Source: Deltaproteobacteria bacterium (GTDB lineage: Bacteria > Desulfobacterota > Desulfobacteria > Desulfobacterales > QNYZ01). From it: DNA of 64,000 nucleotides. The stretch is taken from the NCBI GenBank assembly GCA_003973265.1, contig QNYZ01000058.1:8079-72078 (forward strand), given 5' to 3'. The notes below the pieces were generated by a model. That model did not search any database. It was not told where the DNA came from and was given only the letters and a program-made list of their open reading frames with translations. Below are positions 28,018-39,053 of the stretch, piece after piece; within the stretch, counting starts at the first letter, position 1, and each line of letters begins with the position of its first letter. A program made the translations under genes and the position numbers.

Positions 28018-28406
28018 TTCAGGTTAAACCCGGTTAAAACTGGACGATTTCACCATTGCAGGCCGTGTAACGAACTATTTTAACGGCGTGGCTTGACATA
28101 TTGCCGATCTTCGCATAGATAAATGACGATAAAAAATCTGAAGACGTATCATTCATCCAATCCATATTGAACGTATGTTATTTACAGGCTCGTACCGGGC
28201 GTGCCGGTGCCGCCGGGTAGGGGTGTAATCTGTACGTCCAAGGGATTTGGAATTTGCAGACGTGGCGGTGGAAAGCGCTTTTTTGCGTATTTTTTACAAT
28301 CACCGTATTATTTTAGATGCCCGGCGTCAGGCACCCGGACGGGTAGCATAAAGTTAAGTCCATTTGAATATAATCTTCAATTAATTCGTGGAAAAGGAGC
28401 GAAGCG

Positions 28407-29315
28407 ATGTCGGCAAAACTGATTAAGGGAACAGAAATCCGTGAAGAAATTTTAGAAGAAATTACGGCTGAAGTAAAAGAAATCAAGGAAAAGCATGGCG
28501 TGGTGCCCGGTCTGGTGACAATCCTGGTGGGGCAGAACCCGGCGTCGATCTCCTACGTCACATTGAAAATCAAAACGGCGAACCGGGTCGGATTCAAGGA
28601 AATTCAGGACAATCAGTCGGAAACAGTTTCAGAAGCGGATCTGCTGGCGCTGATCGATCGATACAATAACGATGATTCGATTAACGGCATTCTTGTTCAG
28701 CTTCCACTGCCCAAACACATCGATGAAAAAAAGGTGTTGAACGCCATTGATCCGGATAAAGACGTGGACGGGTTTCACCCTGTCAATGTCGGCCGGCTGA
28801 TGATCGGCGGCGACGAGGTTAAATTTCCACCCTGTACGCCGGCCGGTATCCAGGAGATGATTGTCCGGGCCGGTGTTGAAACCAGTGGTGCGGAAGTGGT
28901 CGTGGTCGGGCGTTCCAATATTGTGGGTAAGCCCATTGCCAATATGATGCTTCAAAAAGGACCGGGGGCCAATTCAACGGTTACCGTGGTCCATACGCGC
29001 ACCCGGGACCTGGCAGCCCACTGTCTCCGTGCCGATATTCTCATCGTGGCGGCGGGGGTTCCCGGCCTGGTGAAACCGGAATGGATCAAGCCCGGGGCTT
29101 GCGTTATTGATGTGGGCGTTAACCGGGTTGGCGAAAAGGTCAGCGAAAAAACCGGTAAAAAAATTGCAGTTCTCAAGGGCGATGTTGATTTTGATGCGGC
29201 CAGGGAGATTGCCGGTGCCATTACGCCGGTTCCCGGCGGCGTCGGCCCCATGACCATTACCATGTTGATGAAAAATACCCTGAAATCTCTTAAATTCAGT
29301 TTGGGGCTTGCCTGA
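28407..29315 (+). CDS. folD: Bifunctional methylenetetrahydrofolate dehydrogenase/methenyl-THF cyclohydrolase
   Basis: LVTILVGQNPASISYV, ILVQLPLPKHI, DVDGFHP, VVVVGRSNIVGKP and PVPGGVGPMTI. Confidence 0.95.
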   Translation: MSAKLIKGTEIREEILEEITAEVKEIKEKHGVVPGLVTILVGQNPASISYVTLKIKTANRVGFKEIQDNQSETVSEADLLALIDRYNNDDSINGILVQLPLPKHIDEKKVLNAIDPDKDVDGFHPVNVGRLMIGGDEVKFPPCTPAGIQEMIVRAGVETSGAEVVVVGRSNIVGKPIANMMLQKGPGANSTVTVVHTRTRDLAAHCLRADILIVAAGVPGLVKPEWIKPGACVIDVGVNRVGEKVSEKTGKKIAVLKGDVDFDAAREIAGAITPVPGGVGPMTITMLMKNTLKSLKFSLGLA

Positions 29316-29454
29316 TCGGTTAACCAGACAAACCGGCCGCCGCCGGGCGTAAAGAGCGCTTTCGGTGGCCGGTAATTTTACTTTTATTCCGAATATGTTA
29401 AATACCTCGATTAATAAAACCAAGTGAAGAAAAACCGGGGAGATGTGAACGGGG

Positions 29455-30438
29455 ATGCGCGATAAAATTTCTTTTCTTATGTTGACCCACCAGGGCTCAC
29501 ATACCAGGCAACTGGTTACTTCCAGGAAAACGATCAGAATTTTGTCTTTCACCGGTGTCGGCGTTTTAATAGGCATTCTGGTGCTGGGCGGTTATATCCT
29601 TAATGATTATAGTAGATTGAAAAAATCTGTGGCAGAAATTCAATCACTCGAAAAACAGATAAGCACCCAGAAAGCAGCGTTGGCTGGCCAGCACCGGCAG
29701 ATAGAGGCTTTTACCAATAAAATTAATTTGTTGAAAGAAGAACTGGTAACGCTGAGGGAATACGAATCGCGGGTAAGAGAAATTTCCAACATCAAGGATG
29801 TAAAAATCGATATCAAAGGCGTAAAGCCCGATACCGAAGCCGGCGCCGAGAAGAGAAAAGACGATTTTGGCGTGGGCGGTCCCCTGCCCGAAGATATCGA
29901 CACGAAGCTTAATCTTGAGGAGAAACACAGCCGGCTGATAGACAGAATGCATCTTCAGGCAGATCAATTAAAACAGGCATCTTTAGCGCAGACGGAAAAA
30001 GCGAAAGAGCTGATCAATACACTCTTAAAAAAGAAAAAGCGGATGGCCTTTACGCCGTCAATCCGTCCCGTCAACGGGACGATCACATCGAAGTTTGGTC
30101 ATCGCCGGTCAGCGTTTTCAGGTAAAAAGGAATTTCATAAGGGATGTGACATCGGCGCGCCGAAGGGGGCGCCCATCAGAGCCACGGCTGACGGGATGGT
30201 CATCTTTTCGGGGCGCCGCAGCTCTTTCGGCAATGTCGTTGTCATTGATCATGGTTACGGATACAGTACGCTCTATGCGCATGTCTCTAAATTATTAAAG
30301 AAAAAAGGGGACTGGGTAAAGAAAAAAGAAGTGATTGCCCTGGTGGGCAGCACAGGGCGCAGCACGGGGCCGCATGTGCATTATGAAGTCCATAAACATG
30401 GTGATTCGGTGAACCCCCAAAAATATTTCCTCAATTAG
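29455..30438 (+). CDS. M23 family (LytM-domain) peptidase with N-terminal membrane anchor and coiled coil
   Basis: C-terminal LytM domain: HKGCDIGAPKGAPIRATADGMV, GYSTLYAHVS, GSTGRSTGPHVHYEV. Confidence 0.85.
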   Translation: MRDKISFLMLTHQGSHTRQLVTSRKTIRILSFTGVGVLIGILVLGGYILNDYSRLKKSVAEIQSLEKQISTQKAALAGQHRQIEAFTNKINLLKEELVTLREYESRVREISNIKDVKIDIKGVKPDTEAGAEKRKDDFGVGGPLPEDIDTKLNLEEKHSRLIDRMHLQADQLKQASLAQTEKAKELINTLLKKKKRMAFTPSIRPVNGTITSKFGHRRSAFSGKKEFHKGCDIGAPKGAPIRATADGMVIFSGRRSSFGNVVVIDHGYGYSTLYAHVSKLLKKKGDWVKKKEVIALVGSTGRSTGPHVHYEVHKHGDSVNPQKYFLN

Positions 30439-30755
30439 AGGCGATCTCTCCAGACTGTTTTTTATATTTCTGTATACACGGTTCAACCTTTTCTGGGAAA
30501 ATATTCAAAATTTCAGTTGATTCTCCCCCGTTTTTTTACCATTATATATAGATAGCCGCAGGGTTACCTGTTCGCTTATCGGTTTCGACCGGTAAGCGAT
30601 GCCCTGCAAGGGGGAGATTCAAGTGCCCTTTTTATAATTACCGGCACAGCCCAGTCAGCAAATTCGTTATGCCGGATCGGGTCAGACATGGCGGTTTGAG
30701 CGCTATTTACGAGATCAATTAAAGCGGGTCTACGTTTAAAAGGAGTATCCTGTAA

Positions 30756-33287
30756 ATGATAGGAAGCCTGTTAACCAAGGTTTTTGGCAGTAAAAATAAG
30801 CGGGAATTGAAACGCATGGGACCCATCGTCGATGAGATCAATGCCTTTGAAGAAAAAATTCATTCCCTGAGCGACGAAGCATTAAGGGGGCAAACCGCCC
30901 TCTTTAAAGAGCGGCTGGGGCAGGGCGAGTCGCTGGACGATTTGCTGCCCGAGGCATTTGCGACGGTGCGGGAGGCGTCTTTGCGGACGCTGAATATGCG
31001 GCATTTTGATGTTCAGCTGATCGGGGGGATTGTACTTCACGATGGCCGAATCGCTGAAATGAAGACCGGTGAGGGTAAAACCCTGGTGGCAACGCTGCCG
31101 GCCTATTTAAACGCACTCACCGGTAAAGGTGTTCACATCATCACGGTAAACGATTACCTGGCCAGGCGTGATACAGAATGGATGGGACAGATTCACCGGT
31201 TTCTCGGGCTCAGCGTCGGTACCATTGTTCATGGCATGGATGAAGATGAACGTAAAAAAGCGTACCATGCGGACATTACCTACGGCACAAATAATGAATT
31301 CGGGTTTGATTACCTGCGGGATAATATGAAATTTGACCGGGAAACGCTGGTTCAGCGTGAATTGAACTATGCCATTGTGGATGAGGTGGACAGCATTCTC
31401 ATCGACGAATCCCGAACGCCGCTGATTATTTCAGGCCCGGCCGAAAAGGCGACGCATCTCTATTTCCAGGTGGACAGTATCATCCCGCAGTTGAAACGCG
31501 ATCATGATTATACCATCAATGAAAAGGACCGCAACGTGATCCTCACCGAAGATGGGGTGTCGCGGGCAGAAAAACTAATTAAAGTGGATAACCTCTATGA
31601 CCCCAAATATATTGATCTGCTGCATCATATTAATCAGGCCCTGAAAGCCCATACCCTGTTCAAGCGGGATGTTGATTATATCGTTAAAAACGGTGAGGTT
31701 ATCATTGTTGATGAATTTACCGGACGCCTGATGCCCGGGCGAAGGTACAGCGATGGTTTGCACCAGGCGCTGGAGGCCAAGGAAGGGGTGCGGATAGAAA
31801 ACGAAAACCAGACGCTGGCAACCATTACATTTCAGAATTTTTTCAGGATGTATGACAAGCTGTCCGGCATGACCGGTACCGCCGATACCGAGGCCGCGGA
31901 ATTTGAAAAAATCTACCAGCTCGACGTGGTCGTGATACCCACCAACAAGCCGATGATTCGGATCGATGACCCGGATATGATCTATAAAACCAAACGGGAA
32001 AAATACGATGCCGTCATTGAAGAGATCATCGAATTGAACAAAAAGGGGCAGCCGGTCCTGGTGGGGACGATCTCCATTGACGTGTCCGAGGATATCAGCC
32101 GCAAACTGAAAAAAAGAGGCGTAAAGCATAATGTCCTGAATGCTAAAAACCATGAAAAAGAAGCGGAGATTATCTCCCAGGCCGGCCAGCCCGGGGCGGT
32201 AACCATCTCCACCAATATGGCCGGTCGCGGTACCGATATTGTCCTGGGAGAGGGCGTGGTTGATGTGGGAGGCTTGCGCATCCTGGGCACGGAACGGCAC
32301 GAGAGCCGCCGGATAGACAATCAGCTCAGGGGGCGGGCCGGTCGTCAGGGAGATCCGGGCTCTTCCCGGTTTTACCTGGCGCTGGAAGACGATCTGCTTC
32401 GTATTTTCGGCGGGGAGCGTATGACCGGTATCATGGAGAAACTCGGGATGCAGGCGGGCGAGCCCATTGAACACAATCTGCTCAGCAAGGCCATTGAAAA
32501 CGCCCAGAGGAAGGTAGAGGGGCAGAACTTCGAAATTCGAAAGCAGGTTCTCGAATACGATGACGTCATGAATCAGCAGCGCGAGGTCATCTATAAACGG
32601 CGGCGCGAGATCCTTATGGGGAAAAGCCTGGAAGAAGACATCACGGATATAATTGCCGAAAGAATCGAGATGCTGGTAGACAGTATTGTCGAAGATAAAG
32701 TGCCGCCCGAAGAATGGGATTATGATGCACTGGACAAGGCGGTTTTTAAACAATTCAATTATCATTTTCGTGTTCCGGACGACGAGCCGCTGGAGAACCT
32801 GGACCGGGATTCGCTTATTGAGCTTCTTGATGAGGCCACCATGGCGGCTTACCGCAAGAAGGAGGCCGAAATCGGTGAGACGGATTTCAGGAACCTGGAG
32901 CGATACGTATTGCTGCAGAATATTGACACCATGTGGAAAGACCACCTGCTTTCCATGGATCATCTCAAGGAGGGGATCGGCCTGCGGGGATATGCCCAGC
33001 AAGACCCGCTGCTGATTTATAAAAAAGAAGGTTACGAGATGTTTTCCGAGATGATGGATCGGGTGGCCGAAGAGACCCTGGGCATTTTGTTCCGGATTGA
33101 GCTTGCCGCGCCCCAGGAAATTGAGCAGATTCAACAGAAAAAAGAACAGGACCTGGTGTTTTCGGGCGGCGGAGACGCCGAACCCCCCAAGCGTAAACCG
33201 GTCAAACGAAAAGAAAAAAAAGTGGGCCGAAATGCGCCCTGCCCGTGCGGCAGCGGGAAAAAATTTAAAAAATGCTGCGGCCGGTAG
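30756..33287 (+). CDS. secA: Preprotein translocase ATPase SecA
   Basis: 843 aa with the DEAD motor motifs ([31 protein letters not shown]) and the C-terminal zinc finger [14 protein letters not shown]. Confidence 0.97.
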   Translation: MIGSLLTKVFGSKNKRELKRMGPIVDEINAFEEKIHSLSDEALRGQTALFKERLGQGESLDDLLPEAFATVREASLRTLNMRHFDVQLIGGIVLHDGRIAEMKTGEGKTLVATLPAYLNALTGKGVHIITVNDYLARRDTEWMGQIHRFLGLSVGTIVHGMDEDERKKAYHADITYGTNNEFGFDYLRDNMKFDRETLVQRELNYAIVDEVDSILIDESRTPLIISGPAEKATHLYFQVDSIIPQLKRDHDYTINEKDRNVILTEDGVSRAEKLIKVDNLYDPKYIDLLHHINQALKAHTLFKRDVDYIVKNGEVIIVDEFTGRLMPGRRYSDGLHQALEAKEGVRIENENQTLATITFQNFFRMYDKLSGMTGTADTEAAEFEKIYQLDVVVIPTNKPMIRIDDPDMIYKTKREKYDAVIEEIIELNKKGQPVLVGTISIDVSEDISRKLKKRGVKHNVLNAKNHEKEAEIISQAGQPGAVTISTNMAGRGTDIVLGEGVVDVGGLRILGTERHESRRIDNQLRGRAGRQGDPGSSRFYLALEDDLLRIFGGERMTGIMEKLGMQAGEPIEHNLLSKAIENAQRKVEGQNFEIRKQVLEYDDVMNQQREVIYKRRREILMGKSLEEDITDIIAERIEMLVDSIVEDKVPPEEWDYDALDKAVFKQFNYHFRVPDDEPLENLDRDSLIELLDEATMAAYRKKEAEIGETDFRNLERYVLLQNIDTMWKDHLLSMDHLKEGIGLRGYAQQDPLLIYKKEGYEMFSEMMDRVAEETLGILFRIELAAPQEIEQIQQKKEQDLVFSGGGDAEPPKRKPVKRKEKKVGRNAPCPCGSGKKFKKCCGR

Positions 33288-33451
33288 GCCGCTTCCCCTT
33301 TACAAGACCGGGTGGGGATGATTATCTTTTAACAGACCTTTAGCAGCGCAATTCTGAAATGACTTATCGCCCGCTCAATCGGGTGCCGGCTCGCCAACTG
33401 CGCTGTTCAGGGTGTTATTTGACCCAAGAGGGTATTTGGATCCGGTATTAT

Positions 33452-33772
33452 ATGAACCCGTACGAACCCGAACATAAAGACGATGTTGCCAGTGAATCTG
33501 AAAACGACGTGCGGCAGCCCCCCTTGTATCGGGTGCTCCTGCTCAATGACGATTATACCACCATGGAGTTTGTCATTGAAATTCTGGTCCAGATATTCAG
33601 GAAAACCCAGAGCGCGGCGGAGCAGATCATGTTAAAGGTCCATCGGGAAGGGGTCGGCCTGTGCGGGGTCTACCCCTACGAAATTGCCGAAACCAAGGTC
33701 GATACGGTGCATCATCTGGCGCGGGAAAACGGTTTTCCCTTAAGATGCATCATGGAGAAAGATGAATCATGA
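33452..33772 (+). CDS. clpS: ATP-dependent Clp protease adaptor ClpS
   Basis: Start re-assigned to MNPYEPEH (ATG 33452), giving the usual length of about 106 aa. It contains PPLYRVLLLNDDYTTMEFVIEIL and overlaps the clpA start by 4 nt. Confidence 0.85.
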   Translation: MNPYEPEHKDDVASESENDVRQPPLYRVLLLNDDYTTMEFVIEILVQIFRKTQSAAEQIMLKVHREGVGLCGVYPYEIAETKVDTVHHLARENGFPLRCIMEKDES

Positions 33773-36018
33773 TCAGTAAAGAACTGGGCGAAACGCTGGG
33801 AATGGCCGTGCGGGAAGCCAAAAGACGGCGTCATGAATACGTCAGCGTCGAACACGTTTTGTTTGCCATCCTGTTTAACCAGACGGGAATCGATATCATT
33901 GAAAACTGCGGCGGAAACATCGAAGATATCAAGGCCGAACTGGAAACCTTCTTTGATGAACACATCGACCTGATCCCCAAAGGGCGGGAATACGTGCTGC
34001 AGCAGACCATGGGGTTTCAGCGGGTAATTCAGCGGGCCGTCGATCATGTCCGCTCGGCGGAAAAGAGCGAAGTGTCCGTGGGTGATGTCATTGCCGCTAT
34101 TTTTTATGAAAGGGAATCTCATGCCCAGTATGTACTGAATGCCCAGGGAATTACCCGTCTTGATGTATTGAATATGATCACCCACCAGGTGGCGGGCAGT
34201 TCTGAAGATCGATATCCGGGGGATGACGCCCGGCGGTTAGGCGGAGACCGGAAAGGAGTCCGAAAGAAGAAAAAAGATCCCCTGGCTGAATATACGATCG
34301 AACTGGTATCCCGGGCAGCCGGGGGAAAACTCGATCCGCTGATCGGGCGCAAGGCAGAGCTGGAACGAACCGTTCAGGTGCTTTGCCGCCGGCGTAAAAA
34401 CAACCCTGTCTTTGTCGGGGAACCGGGCGTGGGGAAAACGGCCATGGCCGAGGGATTTGCCTTGAAAATTCACGAAGGCGACGTTCCCGAAATGTTTACT
34501 GATTATAAGATTTACGCCCTTGACCTGGGGGCTCTGCTGGCGGGGACGAAATTTCGTGGTGACTTTGAGCAACGGTTGAAAGCGGTGATCTCGGCCCTGA
34601 TGGAAAAAGAGGACGCCATCCTGTTTATCGATGAAATTCACACGATTGTCGGTGCCGGTGCGACCAGCGGCGGGTCCATGGATGCGTCCAATATTCTGAA
34701 ACCGGCCCTTTCCTCGGGTGAAATGCGGGTGATCGGTTCCACCACCTACGAGGAATATAAAAATCATTTTGAAAAAGACCGGGCCCTGTCCCGACGGTTT
34801 GAAAAAATTGAAATCGCAGAACCCACCGAGGCGGAATCGATCCGGATTTTAAAAGGGTTGAAATCGAGATACGAGGAACACCACGGGATTGTTTATACGG
34901 AAAAATCCCTGAAAACGGCGGTTGCCCTTTCCAATAAATATTTAAATGACCGCTATCTGCCGGACAAGGCGATTGATGTGATCGACGAGGCCGGGGCATA
35001 TATCCGTATTTCCGGCGGATCGAGGCGTCGGAAAATAAACCCCGCTGATATCGAAAAAATCGTGGCGAAAATGGCCCGTATCCCGGCCGTGAATGTCACC
35101 ACCACGGACAGAGAAAAACTGCATGCACTGGAAGATCGGCTGAAATCGGTGATTTTCGGCCAGGATGAGGCGCTGAATGTGCTGGTTACGGCCATCAAAC
35201 GTTCTCGGGCGGGCCTGCGAACGGCAGGGCATCCGGTCGGGTCGTTCTTATTCACCGGCCCCACCGGGGTGGGGAAAACGGAAGTGGCCCGGCAGATTGC
35301 CCGGTTGCTGGATATTCATTTCCTGCGCTTTGATATGAGCGAATATATGGAAAAACATGCGGTGGCGCGGCTGATCGGTGCACCGCCCGGGTATATCGGT
35401 TTTGATCAGGGGGGGCTTTTAACCGATGATATCCGTAAACATCCCCACAGCGTTCTGCTCCTGGACGAAATTGAAAAAGCACACCCGGATCTGTTCAATA
35501 TCCTGCTCCAGATCCTGGATCATGCCACACTGACGGATAACAGCGGCCGGAAGGCTGATTTCAGAAATGTGATCGTTATCATGACCTCCAATGCCGGATC
35601 CCGGGAAATGAGCGCGCGGAGTATCGGGTTCGGCAATCAGCATAAAGACGCATTGGACAAGAGCCAGGCGGCCGTCAAAAAATTCTTCAGCCCGGAATTT
35701 CGCAACCGGCTCGATGATATCATCACCTTTGGATCCCTGAACGTGGAGATCATGGAGCTGATCGTGGACAAGTTCATCGGTGAGTTGAACGGGCAGCTGG
35801 CCGCCAAAAAAGTATCCCTGATCCTGTCACCGAAGGCACGCCTGTGGCTGGCCAAAAAGGGGCATGACCCGGCCTATGGCGCCCGGCCGCTCAACCGGAT
35901 CATCCAGACCCATATCAAGGAAGCCCTGGCCGACGAGATCCTGTTCGGAGAACTTCAAAAGGGCGGGGTGGTTTTTGTGGATATCGATAATGACACGCCT
36001 GTTTTCGAATATAAATGA
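33769..36018 (+). CDS. clpA: ATP-dependent Clp protease ATP-binding subunit ClpA
   Basis: Clp N domain plus two AAA+ modules (GEPGVGKTA and GPTGVGKTE). There is no ClpB-type middle domain and no UVR insertion. Confidence 0.95.
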   Translation: MISKELGETLGMAVREAKRRRHEYVSVEHVLFAILFNQTGIDIIENCGGNIEDIKAELETFFDEHIDLIPKGREYVLQQTMGFQRVIQRAVDHVRSAEKSEVSVGDVIAAIFYERESHAQYVLNAQGITRLDVLNMITHQVAGSSEDRYPGDDARRLGGDRKGVRKKKKDPLAEYTIELVSRAAGGKLDPLIGRKAELERTVQVLCRRRKNNPVFVGEPGVGKTAMAEGFALKIHEGDVPEMFTDYKIYALDLGALLAGTKFRGDFEQRLKAVISALMEKEDAILFIDEIHTIVGAGATSGGSMDASNILKPALSSGEMRVIGSTTYEEYKNHFEKDRALSRRFEKIEIAEPTEAESIRILKGLKSRYEEHHGIVYTEKSLKTAVALSNKYLNDRYLPDKAIDVIDEAGAYIRISGGSRRRKINPADIEKIVAKMARIPAVNVTTTDREKLHALEDRLKSVIFGQDEALNVLVTAIKRSRAGLRTAGHPVGSFLFTGPTGVGKTEVARQIARLLDIHFLRFDMSEYMEKHAVARLIGAPPGYIGFDQGGLLTDDIRKHPHSVLLLDEIEKAHPDLFNILLQILDHATLTDNSGRKADFRNVIVIMTSNAGSREMSARSIGFGNQHKDALDKSQAAVKKFFSPEFRNRLDDIITFGSLNVEIMELIVDKFIGELNGQLAAKKVSLILSPKARLWLAKKGHDPAYGARPLNRIIQTHIKEALADEILFGELQKGGVVFVDIDNDTPVFEYK

Positions 36019-36108
36019 GCGGCCATGGCGACATTATCTGAAAATCGCAGCGTCTTGAGCTCGAATGAGGATATGCGCGGCGGTTTTTCCGCGTCGGTCT
36101 GCTCTTAG

Positions 36109-36822
36109 ATGCCCGTCTATCGGCTTTCATCCGAATTGATTTTTCCACCTCCCGATCTGGCCATGAAAGAAGGCCTGCTCGCCGTGGGAGGGGACTTGAG
36201 CGTGTCGCGGCTGTTGCTTGCCTATGCCAATGGCATTTTTCCCTGGTATTCATCCGGTGAACCCATCCTCTGGTGGTCGCCCGATCCCCGTCTGGTTCTC
36301 TATCCCGGTGAGTTAACCCTTTCCAGACGTCTCAACCGGACCCTGCGGCAGGGCCGGTTCCAGGTTACCTGCGACAGGGCCTTTGAACAGGTTATTCGTA
36401 AATGTGCGTCGGTTCCCCGGAGCGATCAGGATGGAACCTGGATTACCGAAGAGATGATTTTCGCCTATACTGAACTGCACCGGGCCGGGTTTGCCCATTC
36501 TATCGAGACCTGGCAGAATAGCCGCCTGGTCGGAGGGATATACGGCGTCTCGCTGGGGAGGTGCTTTTTCGGCGAGTCCATGTTTCACCGGGTCAGCGAT
36601 GCCTCCACGGTGGCCCTGGTCTCGCTGGTGCGACAGGTGGCTGAATGGCATTTTGATTTAATCGATTGCCAGGTGACGACGAATCACCTGCTGCGGATGG
36701 GGGCAAGGGAGATATCAAGAGACCGGTTTTTGCGCCAGCTGAACAGATCATTGAAATATCCGACCCGTCGCGGGAAATGGATCCTGGAAAATGATGACAA
36801 CGTATGTGGAGGAAAAAAATGA
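36109..36822 (+). CDS. aat: Leucyl/phenylalanyl-tRNA--protein transferase
   Basis: FPPPDLAMKEGLLAVGGDLS...LLAYANGIFPWY...PILWWSPDPR and GESMFH. Confidence 0.9.
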   Translation: MPVYRLSSELIFPPPDLAMKEGLLAVGGDLSVSRLLLAYANGIFPWYSSGEPILWWSPDPRLVLYPGELTLSRRLNRTLRQGRFQVTCDRAFEQVIRKCASVPRSDQDGTWITEEMIFAYTELHRAGFAHSIETWQNSRLVGGIYGVSLGRCFFGESMFHRVSDASTVALVSLVRQVAEWHFDLIDCQVTTNHLLRMGAREISRDRFLRQLNRSLKYPTRRGKWILENDDNVCGGKK

Positions 36823-37937
36823 ATGTATCCGGGCAGCATTACCGAACGATATGGCTGGACGGAGAGAGCCATGAAGAGGTCCGGATCATAGATCAGCGTT
36901 TTCTGCCGCACCGGTTTGAGGTTGAAACACTGGCCTGCGTGGATGATGTGGCCACCGCCATTTTGGACATGCACGTGCGTGGTGCCGGGCTGATCGGCGC
37001 CACGGCCGGTTTTGGAATGTATATTGCCGCCTTACAGGCGGACCGGCATTCGGATCAGGCGTTTATGGAATCGCTGCGGGCTGCGGGCGAAAAACTAAAG
37101 GCAACACGTCCTACGGCGGTGAATCTGGCCTGGGCCGTGGACCGGCAGCTGGCAGCCATTGCGGCTGTTGAAGGGATTGAATCTAAAATCAGTACGGCAA
37201 AAAAAACAGCCCGGACCATTGCCGATGAAGATGCGGATTTCTGTCGTCGGATCGGTCGCCACGGTGTGCACCTGATCGAGGAAATCAGCCGCCGAAAATC
37301 CGGCAGGGTGGTCAATATTCTGACCCATTGCAATGCCGGGTGGCTGGCTTTTGTTGATTATGGTTCGGCCACGGCGCCGATCTATGAAGCGTTTGACCGG
37401 GGGATAAATATTCATGTCTGGGTCGATGAAACCCGCCCTCGCAACCAGGGTGCCGGTTTAACGGCCTGGGAGCTGGGAGAACAGGGCGTACCGCATACGG
37501 TCATTGTCGATAATGCCGGCGGCCATCTGATGCAGCATGAAATGGTTGATATGGTCATCACCGGCACGGACCGGACGACCGTTACCGGAGACGTGGCCAA
37601 TAAAATCGGTACCTACCTGAAAGCCCTGGCCGCCAGGGATAACGGTATTCCATTTTATGTGGCCCTGCCCTCGTCTACGTTTGACTGGGAGATGGAAGAT
37701 GGGGTCAGGGAAATTCCCATCGAAAATCGCGGGGAAGAAGAAGTGAAATTCATCCAGGGATTAGAGAGCGGCGAGATCAAAACCGTATTGCTGACGCCGG
37801 ACAAAAGTCCTGCGGCCAATTATGCTTTTGATGTCACCCCGTCCCGCCTGGTTACGGGTTTGATCACTGAACGGGGGATCTGCAGCGCCTCAAGAGACGG
37901 GGTGCTGGAGTTGTATCCTGAAAGGAATAGCTCGTGA
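36819..37937 (+). CDS. mtnA: S-methyl-5-thioribose-1-phosphate isomerase (eIF-2B alpha/beta/delta family)
   Basis: Start re-assigned to ATG 36819 (ATGA overlap with the aat stop, GGAGG at 36808-36812). It contains VRGAGLIG, HCNAG, VDETRPRNQG, GTDR and ANKIGTY. Confidence 0.85.
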   Translation: MNVSGQHYRTIWLDGESHEEVRIIDQRFLPHRFEVETLACVDDVATAILDMHVRGAGLIGATAGFGMYIAALQADRHSDQAFMESLRAAGEKLKATRPTAVNLAWAVDRQLAAIAAVEGIESKISTAKKTARTIADEDADFCRRIGRHGVHLIEEISRRKSGRVVNILTHCNAGWLAFVDYGSATAPIYEAFDRGINIHVWVDETRPRNQGAGLTAWELGEQGVPHTVIVDNAGGHLMQHEMVDMVITGTDRTTVTGDVANKIGTYLKALAARDNGIPFYVALPSSTFDWEMEDGVREIPIENRGEEEVKFIQGLESGEIKTVLLTPDKSPAANYAFDVTPSRLVTGLITERGICSASRDGVLELYPERNSS

Positions 37938-38392
37938 TTTCATAGACGGCCCGTTCAATCATTTCATGTTCAGCGACCAGCCAGTCGTCCCTCCCACCGT
38001 AAGTAATCTGCCATGATTTTACCCCCTGTATCGCTGCCAGTGAACTGCCGCACCGGTTCTTGCGACGTTTTATCTGAATCGGATTTGTAAACGCCTGTTT
38101 CAAGTTCGCCGTCTCTTTAAACCGGATATCGGCCGAAAGGGACATTGCCAGGGCGGCTGTTTTCGCAGACCGGCCGAGATATTGGCATGATGGATGCGGA
38201 GCCGCGTTATTTTTCTTCCCCCGTACAACCCGATCTTTTTTGTCCGCAGGAATGACGCGGGGAAAAGGAATTGAACAGAAAAAACTTGACAGCAAAAATT
38301 TATACGATATATATGCATATTATTCAAATATATTTTGATAAATTAAGCAAAATTAAAAATAAAATTCGCTTTGTTAAAAATAATGGAGGCGA

Positions 38393-38902
38393 CTGATCGA
38401 TCACCTGGATGCTTATATCATCAGCGAAATGCAGGCCAATGCCCGGGTAAAGCAGGTTGAACTGGCCCGGAAACTGGGCGTGGCGCAATCGACGGTACTG
38501 GAACGGGTCCGCCGGCTGGAAGAACAGGGGGTTATTAAAGGGTATAAGGCCGATATTGATCCGGGAAAGCTGGGTTTATCCGTGCAGGCCTTTGTTTCCG
38601 TGACACTCAACAGACACGGCGCAGATATTATTCGAAAATTTGAAGATGGAATCCGGGCGATGTCTTTTGTTCGAACCTCTTATCACCTGACCGGCCGGTT
38701 CGACTATCTGCTCCATGTGGCCGTCAAAGATCTGGAACAGCTGGGTGCGCTGGTCAAAACGCAGATCGCTTCCCTGCCCGGTTTTGGCAAGTCGGAGACA
38801 TTTGTCATTTTTTCCGGGATTAAGGAAGATCGGGGCTGGCCGATAGATGCCGCTGCATTATCAACGGTAAAAGATCATGGGAAACCGGGCCGACAAAAAT
38901 AG
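38393..38902 (+). CDS. Lrp/AsnC family transcriptional regulator (start codon uncertain, probably non-ATG)
   Basis: HTH region VELARKLGVAQSTVLERVRRLEEQGVIKGY plus an AsnC-type ligand domain. The conserved N-terminal LDxxDxxI segment (IDHLDAYIISE) lies upstream of the first ATG (38429) but downstream of the in-frame stop at 38381-38383. Confidence 0.75.
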   Translation: MIDHLDAYIISEMQANARVKQVELARKLGVAQSTVLERVRRLEEQGVIKGYKADIDPGKLGLSVQAFVSVTLNRHGADIIRKFEDGIRAMSFVRTSYHLTGRFDYLLHVAVKDLEQLGALVKTQIASLPGFGKSETFVIFSGIKEDRGWPIDAAALSTVKDHGKPGRQK

Positions 38903-38966
38903 TGTCCAGAAGGGATCGGGTGGACCAGATGGCGCTTTTGTCCAGGTGATTGCCCAATCAGGCGAA

Positions 38967-39022
38967 CGCTCAATCCGGAGTACGCTCAATCCGGAGTACG
39001 CTCAATCCGGTGTACGCTCAAT
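38967..39022. repeat. Direct tandem repeat, 16-bp unit CGCTCAATCCGGAGTA x3.5
   Basis: Copies at 38967-38982, 38983-38998 and 38999-39014 (one mismatch), plus a partial copy at 39015-39022. The array is intergenic between the lrp-like gene and panB. Confidence 0.95.
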
Positions 39023-39053
39023 AAGGATAACTGGTGAAAAAAAAGGATGCAGC

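Noticed and set aside
28201-28422. 73-aa ORF in the folD leader
   Set aside because: It has no ribosome-binding site, an Arg/Gly/Cys-rich composition unlike real proteins here, and it overlaps the folD start.
31575-33134. 519-aa ORF antisense to secA
   Set aside because: It lies entirely inside, and opposite to, an unmistakable secA frame. Its composition is low-complexity and rich in Gly, His, Phe, Leu, Ile, Asp, Pro and Gln, and no motif is recognisable. Many other genes here (hflX, bamH, the thioesterase-like gene, DUF2232, fur-feoA) also carry long shadow ORFs. This points to a codon-bias artefact rather than overlapping genes.
37864-38295. 143-aa minus-strand ORF (and the overlapping 75-aa ORF 38100-38327) in the 450-bp gap between mtnA and the lrp-like gene
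   Set aside because: It has no recognisable domain and no convincing ribosome-binding site, and it overlaps the mtnA 3' end by 74 nt. It could be a decayed gene remnant, but I cannot support a call. The gap remains unexplained.
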